A DNA stretch of 64,000 bases from Oopsacas minuta (GCA_024704765.1 JAKMXF010000306.1:248001-312000); one strand, 5' to 3'. Positions 27,250 through 40,360 are shown, numbered from the stretch's first letter. Notes: a model not told the origin generated them from the letters alone. Made by a program: numbers and translations.

Positions 27250-27276
27250 GCAATTTCCACCTGTCGTGCCATTGTG
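27250..27276 (-). repeat. 5' TIR: CACAATG + 8 nt + GGTGGAAATTGC
   Basis: Reverse complement of GCAATTTCCACCTGTCGTGCCATTGTG. Confidence 0.9.
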
Positions 27277-27719
27277 GGGAGAAGCACCCGACGAATAGCT
27301 TCAATATTTCTCACACTATATATTACCTTAATTCTATCCAGTTTTGACTGCAGGGCTTTCACGAAGAAAAACACAAGAAAGATATTATAGATAAACATCT
27401 CAAAACTGGACTTCTATACTAAAGTATTGTCTGCATGTTAAAAAATATCTGAAATATTATGTATAATATATTGTTCATCCAAATTTTATTTTATGGCCAT
27501 TTTCCATAACACCGGAGCTGCTACTTGGTTAGTAATGTATGAACTTCGTGCCCCGAGTATTATTAAAGTCTCAAAAACTTTAAAACTTGTTAGAATTTGA
27601 AATATTTTCTGGGTATTTATATTCAAACCATTATTTATTCAGTGAACATCTTGTTATTGTACTTTGGAGAAAAATTTGTATCATCATCTATGATAGTTTT
27701 AGTTAAGCAAATTTGGATG

Positions 27720-27955
27720 ACCTGCCTTGGAGGGTGCTAAACAATCCTTGCGAGGCATCCAAAGAGGAAAATTGCTTGCCTACATGTGGTGATTGTTGTA
27801 TTATTGCTTGGTTTGGCCCAGATGAGATGCCAATCTCATCTTTAATTATTTCCTAAGTCACATAAGAGTCGGTTGTTCGCATTTCTTCACAGAGTCAACA
27901 ATTCATTAGCGAAATAGTATGAGGGCGGTCTTGGTACTGCTTTGTCTTCAAGGTT
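27720..27955 (-). pseudogene. mariner N-terminal remnant
   Basis: LEDKAVPRPPS..IKDEIGISSGPNQAII resembles the mariner EDxxRxGRP..EVGISxGSxxxI HTH region. Confidence 0.35.
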
Positions 27956-28310
27956 AAAATTTTTACTTGAATTCTATATACCATATCTTGACTGCTGCGA
28001 TAGATAATTTGTTGTTGTGAAATTCTGTAAGGATAGTTTCTTGGCTTTTAGTTCTTGTTTTAAAAGCTGGCACTGATTTGGTATTATGGCAGGAATATCA
28101 AGCCTCTATAATGCTATTGATTATTTTTATCAGTGAATTTTAGTGCCGAAATTATGTTAAGTATATCTTTACAAGATAGTGGTATTAAATTCTCCCAAAA
28201 GTATTCTCACCTAATCTTTATCTGAAATATTTTTGGATGAACACAACCAGTAACATTGTTGTCTTCAAAATTCTTGAGTTCCCCTTGTATTACATCTATA
28301 TATATATATA

Positions 28311-28492
28311 CAGTGAAACCTCTTTTATACGTACACATTTAATACAAATTTCCGGTTAAGACGAACAGAACTTTACACAATTTAGTCCGTACACTTGATG
28401 TTCAATCGTTTTTATTCCGGTTAATACGTACTCCGGATACGGAGTACAAATCTCGACAGTCCCTTGGTGTTCGTATTAGCGAGGTTCTACTG
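28311..28492. mobile_element. ~180-bp pogo/Tigger-type MITE (copy 1)
   Basis: CAGTGAAACCTC..GAGGTTCTACTG with TA flanks; homologous to 35369-35547 in the opposite orientation. Confidence 0.8.
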
Positions 28493-30128
28493 TATACCTG
28501 TGACCCACAAAAATATCCGAATGCAGAAATTTGTTAAGTATTTTTATATCATCAATAATCACGTTGGTTTGAAGGATATAGTAAAGCAAACCAGCATATA
28601 ATGCCTAGATATGTCTTGTTATAACCTTCGTTTAGTTTCTTTCAGCTGATAATGGTTGACAAAGACTAAATAGTGGTGATTAAAAGTGTTAAAACCTGAT
28701 TATTTAAAGCATATAATTTCGAATATTTCAATCTCTTTCAATCAAGTGTCGAGTTATCGATTGATCTAGCCTTTGATAGTATTCTCTTTTACAACACTGA
28801 CTTACTTCTATGGTTGGCACTTTCATCCCACATATTCAATTCAGCAGATGAGAAAACATCTAAATCAGTATCTGTTGGATAGCTACAATTGTATCTCTGA
28901 TATAGGGAACTCATTGAAGGATGCGTTGTTCAATGTCTTATCTATATCTTGATTATCATAAAATCGACGAAATATGTTCAGCTGTTTTCTGCAGTTGTAC
29001 AGGCGTACATTTACGTATCCAAAACGAAATGAATCACGAAATACTTACTTGCTTATCTGTCATTTCAATTAAAGTGAACTTCTCAAAAAATGTTGGTTTG
29101 CGGACGTACTAAATACATTTGAATTAATGAGTTCTCAAAAATGAATATTTGATTTTTCTGCTGTTCATATTTTAGAGATAAGAGGGTTCGTGGGCCTCAT
29201 TGATCATTTAGCCAAGGGCATCTGAATCCTTCTTCCGGCTCACAGTGTACATAATTGTGAAAATGTAACATATTTGGTCTAAACAAAGTTAATTTTTATG
29301 GTCAGATTGTTAGCTAATATATAACATGCATATTCAAATATTCGCCATAACCAAGGATATTTAATTTTATACGGTTGAAGTACCTATTCCAACTTAGAGT
29401 AATCTTACCTAACTACGTAAATAACTGCATTTTGCATAGATGTATAATACAAATCTCTACTTTCAGTTTGTTAAGACGATTCTATTGTAAACTCGAAAAT
29501 ATTAGTTCCTATAAACGGAGTGTTTGCAGAATTTCTATTAGTAAAATTAACTACTAGAAAATTGATTGAAATTTTATACACTAACTTATGTTTCGATACA
29601 ATTTCTTCTAGATTTCACTCATTTCGCTTTTTCATATCGACACTCCTCAATTGAATTTGTTATTATCCACTAAATCGTATTCTTTGTCTATGGTTGCATG
29701 TCGATTGATAATATCCCTCGCATGCTTGATTTGTTCTTTTTGAGATAGCTTCCATAACACTGAAACAATACTCAATGTATCGAGCACTTTTGGCTTGTAA
29801 TTTCTTTTGCCCTATTTCAATACATTAAACTATTTTTTACCTGTATATAATTATCTTCTTACATGTAACCGTTCCAGGATCAATTTTCTTATATATTTCA
29901 ACTTAATTGTCATTTAGTTTGTCAAATCCATGCAACAATAGATAGAAACATTTCCATTAAATTCGCTATGTAAATATACAAATGAATTTCCCGCCACTAA
30001 ATTCCTTCTGTCATGAGTATTGAATATTGCAAACTTGTAATTCAATTCACTAATCTGTGATTACAGCTATCAATATTTCAAATTTCACATTTTCAGCATT
30101 CCGACTGATCATCTCGCCTATCTTCTAG

Positions 30129-30376
30129 GAAAGTATTCATCCATGGCTCATTATGTACACTCTGAAAAGCTTCAATTAAGTGAATATGAAGGAAATAACT
30201 CACAATCCTTTCCTCAGATTAACTATGATATAATTCTTTCCTCCTTCGTCCTATTTGTCGGTTCAGATTGCGGTAAGCTTTCAAGGATGAATCTATTTAG
30301 TGGCAATGAAGGATATTCCATTCCTGCACATCATGGAAAAATCAGCTGTATTATTTCTCAGAGTACAATTTCGAAG
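30129..30376 (+). CDS. Exon of WD40-repeat protein
   Basis: Acceptor CCTATCTTCTAG at 30128 (phase 1, matching the upstream exon), frame KYSSMAH..LFVGSDCGKL..IPAHHGKISCIISQSTISK, donor AAG|GTAGAA at 30377 (phase 0). Confidence 0.7.
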
Positions 30377-31379
30377 GTAGAATTTGTATTTATATTCAAT
30401 ATTTTTCTCAATAATACACATACCCTATTAATTTATTACCAAAACCTAGCATCTTGCCATACTGTATATACGTATATATGTTTTAGCAGCTTCGCTTTCA
30501 TTATGCTAAACCTACAGCTTATTCATCTTTTGACACTTAAAAGTGCCGAAATTGTGGATTACTGTTGTATGAATGGACAACCATTCTTGATGCGTTTTCT
30601 TTCTATTAATCATGGTATATCCTTGCTATGTTTAGCTTCTAACGAAATTATCAGGTTGAAAACTTCTGTATTTTCAGAATAAGCATTCAATGAAAATAGG
30701 GTGATCATTTTGTAAGTATTGTCACGATGAGATATCTAGAAAATTTTAGATTTTGTTTTGTATATTTCAAAATCTCATAATTTATGTAATGTAACTCTGT
30801 CATGCGTACTAATCTGCTACATTTCATCAAAGTATTATCTAGGAGCCCAAAACTCTCCTCTAGGTCCATAACTTCTTTCTTTGTATTCGCCAAAATATGA
30901 TTACGTCTATAATGTGAAATCAGAATTTGATATAAACTATATTTTCAGGTTATATGATAAAAGTGAGCTGATCATTATCACTTCTCTTACAATTGCCAGG
31001 GTCACTCCGGATATTAAAATATGTATCGACAACCACAGAAATTTCATTTGGATTCTATCGCTATAATTGGGAAGTTGGCAAAGTGTTGGCAATAGTGTGA
31101 ATGATATTTATTATAAATTTTTTGTAATATTAAGTATTACTTGCTTTGTGAGTAAGAACACCTTCTCACTCAATTATGTTTATTGCTCATTTTCAGCCAA
31201 TTTGGTGTTTTCCAGCTATTTCAAGCTCATTGTTTGTATTACCTGGTTAAAATTCTTGTTTATACTTTTTTCTAATTATATCTACCTTTAATTCCAGAAT
31301 TTTTGCCCAAGGATGAAACAGTGTGCTATATTATTATTGCCTCGTTTAAGTCTTAATTTATTTTCTACTGTGACAATTG

Positions 31380-32105
31380 TTTCCTGACCATAGATAAATA
31401 TAAGTGCATTATAGTTTATTTGAAGTACCAACACCGCATGATATTAGCAAATATGCTGAAGCTATCATCAGGTTTCTTAAATCTGATGTTCTGAAAACAC
31501 ATTCCGCATATAAGAGAATATTATCACTTCGAAATACTTATTCTGAACTCCTAATAGGCTGATATGATGAAAAATTGTTCGCAATTTGTAATTATATGAC
31601 TCAAAGTATTGGTCATTAATTTGAAGTTTACATAATATAACTGGCAAGATCTTTTGTTAAAGCTGAGACCATGGACTGCACTTATAACTCGATATAATTG
31701 TACAATTATGGTCAAATCAAGATACTCAATTATAATGCTTACCCAACTTCCATTTCCCTGATGATCCATTTGATATGATATTTCAATATTTTTAGGTCGA
31801 AAATAAATCATGTGATCTCCTAATTGTCAGGAAAATGCTCATTGAAATACATACTCAACTTCGCATACGCCGAAATGTAAATGTAGCACATTTTGAAATG
31901 ATATGCTTGATTTCTCTGAAGATCATTGCGCGACCTTATAAATGACAACATATGGGCTATTCAGAATTAGGTCACAATAGTGTTTGATCCAGTGCATCGT
32001 ATTTGTGAAACTTGATAATAGGTTCAGCATATTTGCTAATACCCTGAGTTGTTGGTACAGCGTATCAACTAATGCACTTCTTATTTATCCCTGGTCTATA
32101 AAGTA
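31380..32105. repeat. Diverged inverted repeat (old foldback)
   Basis: GTACCAACACCGCATGATATTAGCAAATATGCTGAAGCTATCATCAGGTTTC (~31425) recurs reverse-complemented at ~32010-32060; similarity spans about 110 bp. Confidence 0.55.
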
Positions 32106-32846
32106 ATTGTAGTTCCAGGTCTATATCGAGTAGTTCATGTTTAACGTGTTCTGCATTTTACTAACTGGCGGATCCACCTTTCAACTGCTAACTTAAACTA
32201 GGCATAACCAGTCACAAATATTTAGAAAACATAAATTTCATATTATTGATCCAGGAAATAAGGCTAGCTGAGTCTATTTTTATACATATCAACTATTAAT
32301 GTATATTTTATAACGATTTTACTAGATCATCCTCTCACCCTAGCTAGTCTTCATCTAATACTCTACCTATTTCTCACATAAACATCATTTCTTCATTTTT
32401 ATTCCTAATATATTTGTAATTGTATTAGTTATTGATAAAACCAAGACTCGAACTTGTCCGAGCCAGGGCCAAAATACCCCTGTATGCCAAAAATCAACCC
32501 TATGCCGTCCAGTTTCTTTAATCTATTCTCCTGATCCAAACATGACCTTTATGTACCTTTTTTAGGTTTCGAAAAGTCTCATCAGTAACCAGCCAATATT
32601 TATGATAGATGGTTGAAATTTACTCACAAGTACCCCACAATATGTCAGAATATGCTGACGTTCTCAATTTGAACAATTACGAACTTGAAATGAAATTATT
32701 ACGACATCATTTCTCACTATGATCGAAGATTTACCAAATTTTGAGAGGCGTTAGAAGTTCTTTATACATGTATATGTGGCACGAGGTGCTGAGATTGCTA
32801 GCCAAACCCCGCTTAAGAGCTCCAGTATTACCACAAACAACCATTA

Positions 32847-35159
32847 CACAGCCCTGCGGAAATAAAGATTTTATTTGCTGATTGTTATTGCAAAACATTT
32901 TCTAATCCACTTTTTAATTCTGATTTTGAAAAATGTTGTAAAATATACGTATCACGTCTAGTTTTTTAGCAAAATCATTTTTAAATATTGGTATATTTAT
33001 CGATGAATGCATGATACCTCTACAAGTAAAATAGTGAAAATCTGCCATTCATAAATTTTACTAAGAATTACAATAAATTTTTATTGATAATATAATCTTA
33101 ATTAATAAATAAATTTGAATATATTAGTCTGAATCAAGAGTAAATTTCCGTTTTTTGACATTCTAGCATGAATAACATCAATACAATCTCTCTTGAGGCA
33201 CCAACAGTAATCAGCCATCATATGAACGTCCCACCTCCCTTAATATCGTGTTTCCATTGTTTTTATGTCTTAGTGGAATCGTTCACCTTGCTCCTCGGAA
33301 ACAGCTCCAAGATTCGCTGGAAAATAGTCAATGTGACTGTGAAGAAAGTGAACTTTACACTCATATTGCAGCCGAGATTCTTGTAAGATTCAATCAACTC
33401 ATTCACAAGTATTTTATAATTAGGAGATTTCGTATTTCCCAAGAAGTTTTTCATGACATTTACAAATGCATTCCATGTACATTTTTCTTTGCATATCATA
33501 GAATTTGAAAAATTATCATCTCGAACAAGTTGTCTTACCTGAGGACCGTCGAATATACTGGCTTTTCTTTTTTCATCACATAGGTAGTAAAACTTCTCGG
33601 TAATATATTTGAGACAATTTCCTTCTTTATCTAATGCCCTTACAAACTGTTTCATCAATCCTAATTTTATATGAAGTGGTGGAAGCAAAATCTTGAGAGG
33701 ATCCACTAGAGGCTCGTGAATAATGTTCTTATCTCCAACATTAAGATTGGTTCTTGCTGGCCAGCTCTGTCTAGAATAGTGTTAACTCTTTGCATGACTG
33801 TCCCATAAGCATAAAAACAAGGGTATTTTGTATATCCTGATTGCTGTCCCAAAAGAATGCATATGATCTTTAAGTCACCACAGATTACCCAATTGTGCTG
33901 GTGATAATTAATTTTATGAAGCACAATTTTCATGTTATCATATCGTTCCTTTAAACTTACTGAATGTCCAATTGGTATGGAACTAAATTTGTTGCCATTA
34001 TGAAGTAGAACACATTTCAAACTTTGTTTTGAACTATCAATAAAGAGTCTCCAATCATTAGGTACATACGGACATCCAAGAGCATTAACTAGCGGTGAAA
34101 CATCATGACAAAACACAAATCTGTCTTCCATTATGAAATATTTCAAAAATTCGATCTCTCTGTTCCTATATGAGTGAAATTTTGTTTCTTGGAGAAGCAA
34201 GTTTTTTCTTTTAGCCTAAAACCTAACAACTCCGCAGATTCTTTAGGTATATCTGAATCACGTACCAAATCATTTAATTCAGACTGATTAAATAACTGTG
34301 GAGAATTAGAACGAGATAATGCACACGGAATAAAATCCTCATCTTCTCTAATTAATGAATCTCTAGTTTCACAATCATCAATTTCCGAGATAACATCCAA
34401 ATTAGTAAATGTTGGAACAGGTACATCAATAGAATGGGGAACGGGTCGTATTGCTGAATGTAAATTTGGATACTTGATCAATGACTTGGTTTTAGCATTG
34501 AATCCGGAAATATTCGCCATACAAAAGTAACAATCGCTAATGTGATTTTGTGGCTCTCTCCATATCATTGGAATTCCAAAACTTAAACTCTTTCTGATTC
34601 CTTTTGTCCATTGTCTCAAATTTTCTACACAAGATCGGCACACTGTATGTGGAGCCCATGTTTTGTCTTGATCACCTAATCTCATTCCAAAATATCCTAA
34701 ATATGCTTTTTTAACAAATCCTGTTATTGCCGTAGTTTGTTTAGAAGTCATAAAACTACCACATATAACATAAGACGTCTGGATCATTAGTGCACCTTCT
34801 CCGATAAGCCATATGATAATAAAATATCAAAATAGTAGACTATAGTACAATAAAGCTGTATTTAACAAAAATAAAAATAAAACAAATTATGTAGAAAAGA
34901 ATGGAGTTAAAGGGACTAATTAGAAAATGCAATAAAGCACGCATCTGTTTATTTCAAAAGACAAAAAATCACACATGTATCAAATATAATCATTTATTCT
35001 AGGGAAGTGTACTTAAAAAAATCAACTTACATTAAAATGACATTTGAGTATAAACGAGACGTGATAGGGGAATTCTGATGACAGATTGAGAATCAGCATA
35101 CTCAAGTTAACTAAAAACAACCCATGGATAATAATCAGCAAATTTGCCGCAGGGCAGTG
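32847..35159 (-). mobile_element. Full-length Chapaev3-type element (pseudogenised)
   Basis: TIRs CACAGCCCTGCGGAAAT and reverse-complemented CACTGCCCTGCGGCAAAT, 3-bp TTA TSD on both sides (32844-46, 35160-62); 2.31 kb. Confidence 0.88.
33130..34812 (-). pseudogene. Chapaev3 transposase pseudogene
   Basis: N-terminal Zn motif (CYICG..WAPHTVCRSC..WREPQNHISDCYFC), DWRLFIDSS, ICGDLK, PLHIKLGLMKQF, FLHSHIDYFP..SEEQGERFH. At least four frameshifts and three in-frame TAA stops. Confidence 0.88.
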
Positions 35160-35368
35160 TTATCTGTGGATTTCATTCCACATTTTGCCTATATTTACAA
35201 ATCCTAGAACTTTTGAAGTTTTATTTACAATCGTTTCAAATTTACAACCCTTCATGTACTTAACTTCTTCAATCTTTTTATTTCATTTTATCGAAACATC
35301 TTGGGGTAACAAACATGTATTTCCCGACCAAACATTGAAGCTCTTTTCCAGAAAATATTTTAAAAATA

Positions 35369-35547
35369 CAGTAGAACCTCGTTAATACGTACACCAAGGG
35401 ACTGTCGAGATATGTACTTCTTATCCGGACTACGTATTAACCGAAGTAAAACAATTGAATATCCATTGCACAGACTATAATTGTAAAATTGTGTTGGTCT
35501 CAACCGGAAATTCGTGTTGAATGTGTTCCTATTATCGAGGTTCACTG
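35369..35547. mobile_element. ~180-bp pogo/Tigger-type MITE (copy 2)
   Basis: CAGTAGAACCTCG..CGAGGTTCACTG with TA flanks. Confidence 0.8.
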
Positions 35548-35816
35548 TACATACGATTTTACTCCTTTGGTACACTTGTAAATGATAGATGTGGTTATTT
35601 AAGCCTGCAATACCAAATTTGAGATTGTTTCAAAGATTGGGCCTATGATTTTTCTTTTTTGGATGCTGTGTTCCACTTAAACCCTCTACATGGTTAAATG
35701 TGATATGGATAGAGCATGGATATATCAAATCATAATTTCCCCATAATGAACCTCGAGGCACTTAGTGTCAAGTATGCCGCATCATGTAGCGACCCCAAAA
35801 GGCTCCGACAAATGTA

Positions 35817-37160
35817 CAGTCCCGGCAAAATGTCTGGAATATTTCATTATTTCAATTTCATTTAATTTAGGCAGGGATAGCCAGATAATATTATTTACTA
35901 ATTACTTCCTATTATTATTGATGATAATATTAGTCTACCTTAATATAGTAATTGGACCAAACCTTAGCTAGTACTTGCTATTCTTGTTCTTTCAATTGAA
36001 AGATGGCTGAACTATCACCTAAGAAAAAGCTAGAGTTGAACTAATGGATCCCATGTGTATGAAACAGAAGGACATTACTACTTCTCTTAATATCTCACAA
36101 GGTGCAGTATCTAAGACACTCAAAAGAATAAGAAATAAAGATTTTGAAGGTGATCTAAGATCTAGGAAGAGATCTGGAAGGCCACTAGAAATCACCCCAA
36201 GAACTGATGCCCGAATTAAACGCATAGTTCAAGATGACCCTACCATGTCCTCTGTTGATATTGTTTCGGAATTAAATTTGACTGAAAAGATAAGTGCTCG
36301 AACTATTAGACACCATTTAATGATAAAACTGAATTTTAAAGCAGTCAAACCCGCGAAAAGCCTCTCCTTTCTGCTAAAAATTTGCGAGACCGCCTTAACT
36401 TCTGTAAAGAATACAAAACGTGGACATCTGAAAAATGGATGAAAGTATTGTTCAGTGACGAAGTGAACACCGTGCAATTTTCAGGAACCAAACAGTTTGT
36501 GAGAAGGCCCCCTATTAAAATGTACAATCCCAAATATACCATACAAAGAGTCAAATTTTTACCATCTGTTGTGATATGGGGCTGCATGTCCGGAGAGGTA
36601 AGGGAGCACTTTGGATCATGCCAAATAACACAACGATGACATCAAAAGTGTATTGAGATGTTCTGAAAACCCTGGAACCAATGATGAACAATTTTGAGTG
36701 CGAAATCTTCCAACAAGATGGTGCATCAGTGAACACTGCCCGAGTTGTCAAAGACTGGTTTTCTGAAAAAATCATCGATCTTCTGGTTTGGCCAGGTAGC
36801 AGCCCTGATCTAAATGTGATTGAAAATTGCTCGATAGTTCTAAAACGAATGGTTGCTGCTAGGTATCCTGCCTCAATGAATGCTCTCATCAAGGCCATAT
36901 GGGAAGTTTGGGTAACTGAAATTACTGAAAGATATTGTGAAACTTAGCGAAATCTATGCCAAAACGAATCTTGGAAGTACTAAAAAATAAAGGCTATCCA
37001 ATTCAATATTGATTTGTCGTGCTATAGAATGATGAAACTATTGTTTTCATTCCACTACATAGGTTGATAAAATGTTCTGTAATAATATTGTTGTAACCTT
37101 TTGTTCCGATACTAGAATGTTCGCATTTTATCAACAAAAATCCAGACTTTTTGCCGGCTG
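35817..37160 (+). mobile_element. Tc1 (DD34E) element, pseudogenised
   Basis: TIRs CAGTCCCGGCAAAATGTCTGGA and reverse-complemented CAGCCGGCAAAAAAGTCTGGA with TA TSDs. Motifs RSGRP, VLFSDE, VIWGCM, FQQDGA, SPDLNVIEN in broken frames. Confidence 0.88.
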
Positions 37161-38009
37161 TAGCTGTACCATACTTATGCTCAAATATGTGGCATAGCAC
37201 AAATTTCTTTCGCCCTCAGCTAGCGAAGAACAGTGGTATATACATTAATCTAAGTTTTTTTTTGCATTGATAAAATTCAATAATTTGTATTAGGAAACAA
37301 CAAAGGTAAGAGTTGTAAAGTATATTCGTAATTCTATTATTCCTACACATCTGACCCAAATATTGAATATATGCTCATTCATGCTCAATATAGAACAGAG
37401 TACTGATAAAAATCTATACCTATACCATTTGTATATTCTATTTACATTCCAAATTGGTTAATACGCTTATCTTCACAAATACTCCATTAATCATTACAAG
37501 ACTGAAACGTCTACCGAATGGTTGTCAATAGTCCCTTAATATTTCGGATAATTTTGATTTAGTGATTGTGAAGTGTCACTAGATGCCAATCTAAACAGTA
37601 TGTTAACGATCTTGTAATCACAATTGGCTACGAAACTGATACTTATAACAATCTGAAAAATGATTAATTACACAGGCCTGCACTTTTAGTTGTATTGATT
37701 TTGTCAACTGATATGTACTAATTCTGTGTTGCTGATTTCGATTATTTAGTCAGTTTTTCCCTAATACGTCAAGCTATCTCACAATCCTATTACTAAATTT
37801 ATAGAACAAAATTGGTTTCAACCCTTATATGTTAGATTGGATCAATTAAATTTCTGAAAATATCAGTATTTCATTCACTAAGAATAATGACATAATTGAT
37901 AATAATATGAATGGAAGAAAGTGATACTATAAACATGTAATATGAGCACTATTCAATCTAAAAATTTTCTCTTGTTTGACTTTCTTGAATGTTGTTCGTT
38001 AGGACAATC

Positions 38010-39220
38010 TCTTTTTAGGCACCAACAGTAATCTGCCATCATATGTCTGTTCCATCTTCCTTGATATCGCTGTTTCATCACTTTTATGTCTTAATGGAAT
38101 CGTTCACCTTGTTCTTCACTCATATCACCTAGATTATCCGGAAATCTATCAAGATGGTCTCTTAAATAATGAATTTTAATACTCATATTACAGCCAAGAG
38201 CATGATAGCTGTCGACTAACTATGTGACGAGTTCTTTGTAGTTGGATGCCTTTTATTACCAAGGAAATTAGAAACGACATTAGAGAAAGTCTTCCACCCT
38301 CTATTCTCTTCCTCGTTCATTGAATCTTTGAAGCTGTTGTCCCTAAGTAACTTGCGAATCTGTGGACCTTTCAATTATCCCTGCCTTTTTCTTCTCTTCA
38401 CTGATTTCTGGAAAATAATTTCGGATATACTTGAAACAATATCTATCTTTATCCAGTGCTTTGATGAATTGCTTCATTAAACCAAGCTTAATGTGGAGAG
38501 GAGTAGAATTATTTTATTTGTATGTACCAGAGGGTTATTAATTACATTTTTTCCCCAACTTTCAAACATTCTCTCGGAGGCCACTTTTCCCTTATCCAAT
38601 GCTGGTTCCTATCTCTACTGTCCCAATAACAAAGAAAACAGGGGTACTTAGTGAACCCAGATCGTTGTCCTAATAGAAAGTTGACCATTTTAAGATCAAC
38701 ACAGATGACCCAATCATGTGCAGAGTAGTTAATAATCTCCAATATCTCTTTCACATTATGGTACTCCTCTTTGAGTTTAATTGAATATCCTTTAAGAATT
38801 GAACCGAATATATTTCCATTATGGAGTAGTACACATTTCAGACTCCTTTTGGAGCTGTCAATAAACAGCCTCCAGTCACTTGGATTGTAGTTCGGAACTC
38901 CCATTGCCAGTAGAATACCCTCAACATTTGGACAAAACATCAAACCATTCTTTTCGCGGAAATGCTGTTGAAACTCTGCTCCCTGTAACGATATAATGTT
39001 ACCTTTGTTTCTTGATGGAGTAGATAAGCAAATAAGACTATTTGAATATATATACAGTCTGTTGCATAATTATTTAGAATGGAGATGTTTTGTTTCAAAA
39101 CTTCAGTACTTTGTCTTACTTCACTCAGGCTACTTGTGTTTCGCTGTCCATAATGGCTTAGTTGTATATTTTACTACAATTCCCTGAACCAAGTCATTAT
39201 TTTGTTTTGTCCGGAAATTT
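38010..39220 (-). pseudogene. Truncated Chapaev3 transposase, different subfamily
   Basis: DWRLFIDSSKRSLKCVLLHNGN..ICVDLKMVNFLLGQRSGFTKYPCFLCYWDSR; clearly diverged from the 33-kb copy; no TIRs found. Confidence 0.8.
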
Positions 39221-39320
39221 TGCTCTCTAATATTAATTATGACATCATTTAAATATTCATTTTGACCTCCATTACTATTATTTATCTTAATTATTTCCCT
39301 ACTTGACAATTAGCTCTGAA

Positions 39321-40360
39321 AATGGCTCAATACGTGAAGAGGGAAATTGTGAAGACACTTCTACAATCCGGGAAGCTTGTGCCCAAGGAAATCTCTGTTA
39401 ATTGTGGAATTTCCTTAGCTACAGTTTATAATGTCAACGCCGATTAGATGAAGGTGTACCGCTGTCTCACCAAAAGGGCGCAGGGAGACCCAATAACTTG
39501 CGATCTTCCATCAAATTGTCTATTCTTCACAGGTACAATGTGAACCATATTTCTCTTTGCGAACGTTAGCAAGTCGTACAGGTAATAAGGCTTCCTATCA
39601 GACTGTCGGAGAGCGTTGAAGGACAAATCTTACAACAAACCTTACCATGTTCAGATCCCTATGCTGAGTGAAAAAAATCGCATGTACAGGATAGAATGGG
39701 CAAAAAAGTACAAATACTCGAAGAAACAATGGGCCCAAACAATACTTCTTGACGAGATGTCAATCTGGCTCTCAAGGGGAAGATTAAGGATGTGGACAAA
39801 ATCCAACAACGAAGCATGTCCCAAAGATACAAGTATGGGCTACATTCCCATTGTGCGTTTTCACTAACAATATGGACAGTGGAATATTTTTAGATATAAT
39901 GGAAGGATATTTGATAACTCAGGCACAGGTATATCATGAAAGTCACTGGCGATTGGTGATGGATAATGATCCAAAACCCACTTCACAAAAGGTCCGCACC
40001 TGGTTGGCACAAAGTGTACCAAATCAGATGCCATGGCCTTCACCAAGTCCAGATCTTAACCCCATTGAAAAGTTATTCGCATGGGTGAAGCGAGAGATAC
40101 TTAAACTAGGCCTAGAGGACAATTCCAGAACTTAAACCCAATTTAGAAGCTGTCTGGGATCGTATTCAACCAGATTTACGTAAAGCTTACTGGGAATCAA
40201 TCCCAGAAGATGCCAACTAGTAGTAGAGGGTAACGGGTATCCTATTAATTATTAACATCTATTACTTCACTCTCAATTTGGGGTATATATGGCAATGTAT
40301 ACTGTAACTCTAATAATTTTCGGCTTAAGTAACAATTCTAAATAAATATGTAACAGACTG
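39321..40360 (+). mobile_element. Decayed Tc1 (DD34E) element, right TIR retained
   Basis: ILLDEMSIW, VMDNDPKP, SPDLNPIEK motifs. The right end (reverse complement CAGTCTGTTAC, TA flank) matches the left end of the 54.3-kb copy. Confidence 0.78.

Larger units (their letters stand above)
24339..27276 (-). mobile_element. Intact Transib (RAG1-related) DNA transposon
   Basis: Left end CACAGTGGCACGA, right end reverse complement CACAATGGCACGA. Flanks GGGGA and GGGAG share GGGA. Contains one intact transposase ORF. Confidence 0.93.

Noticed and set aside
33200-33800. RIP-like CpA to TpA mutation (three probable CAA to TAA stops)
   Set aside because: Stops are the mutations easiest to notice, and the two near-identical copies show no excess of such changes.
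34150-34210. Programmed ribosomal frameshift shared by both Chapaev3 copies
   Set aside because: The same element has other frameshifts and stops; sharing is explained by duplication or a systematic homopolymer error.
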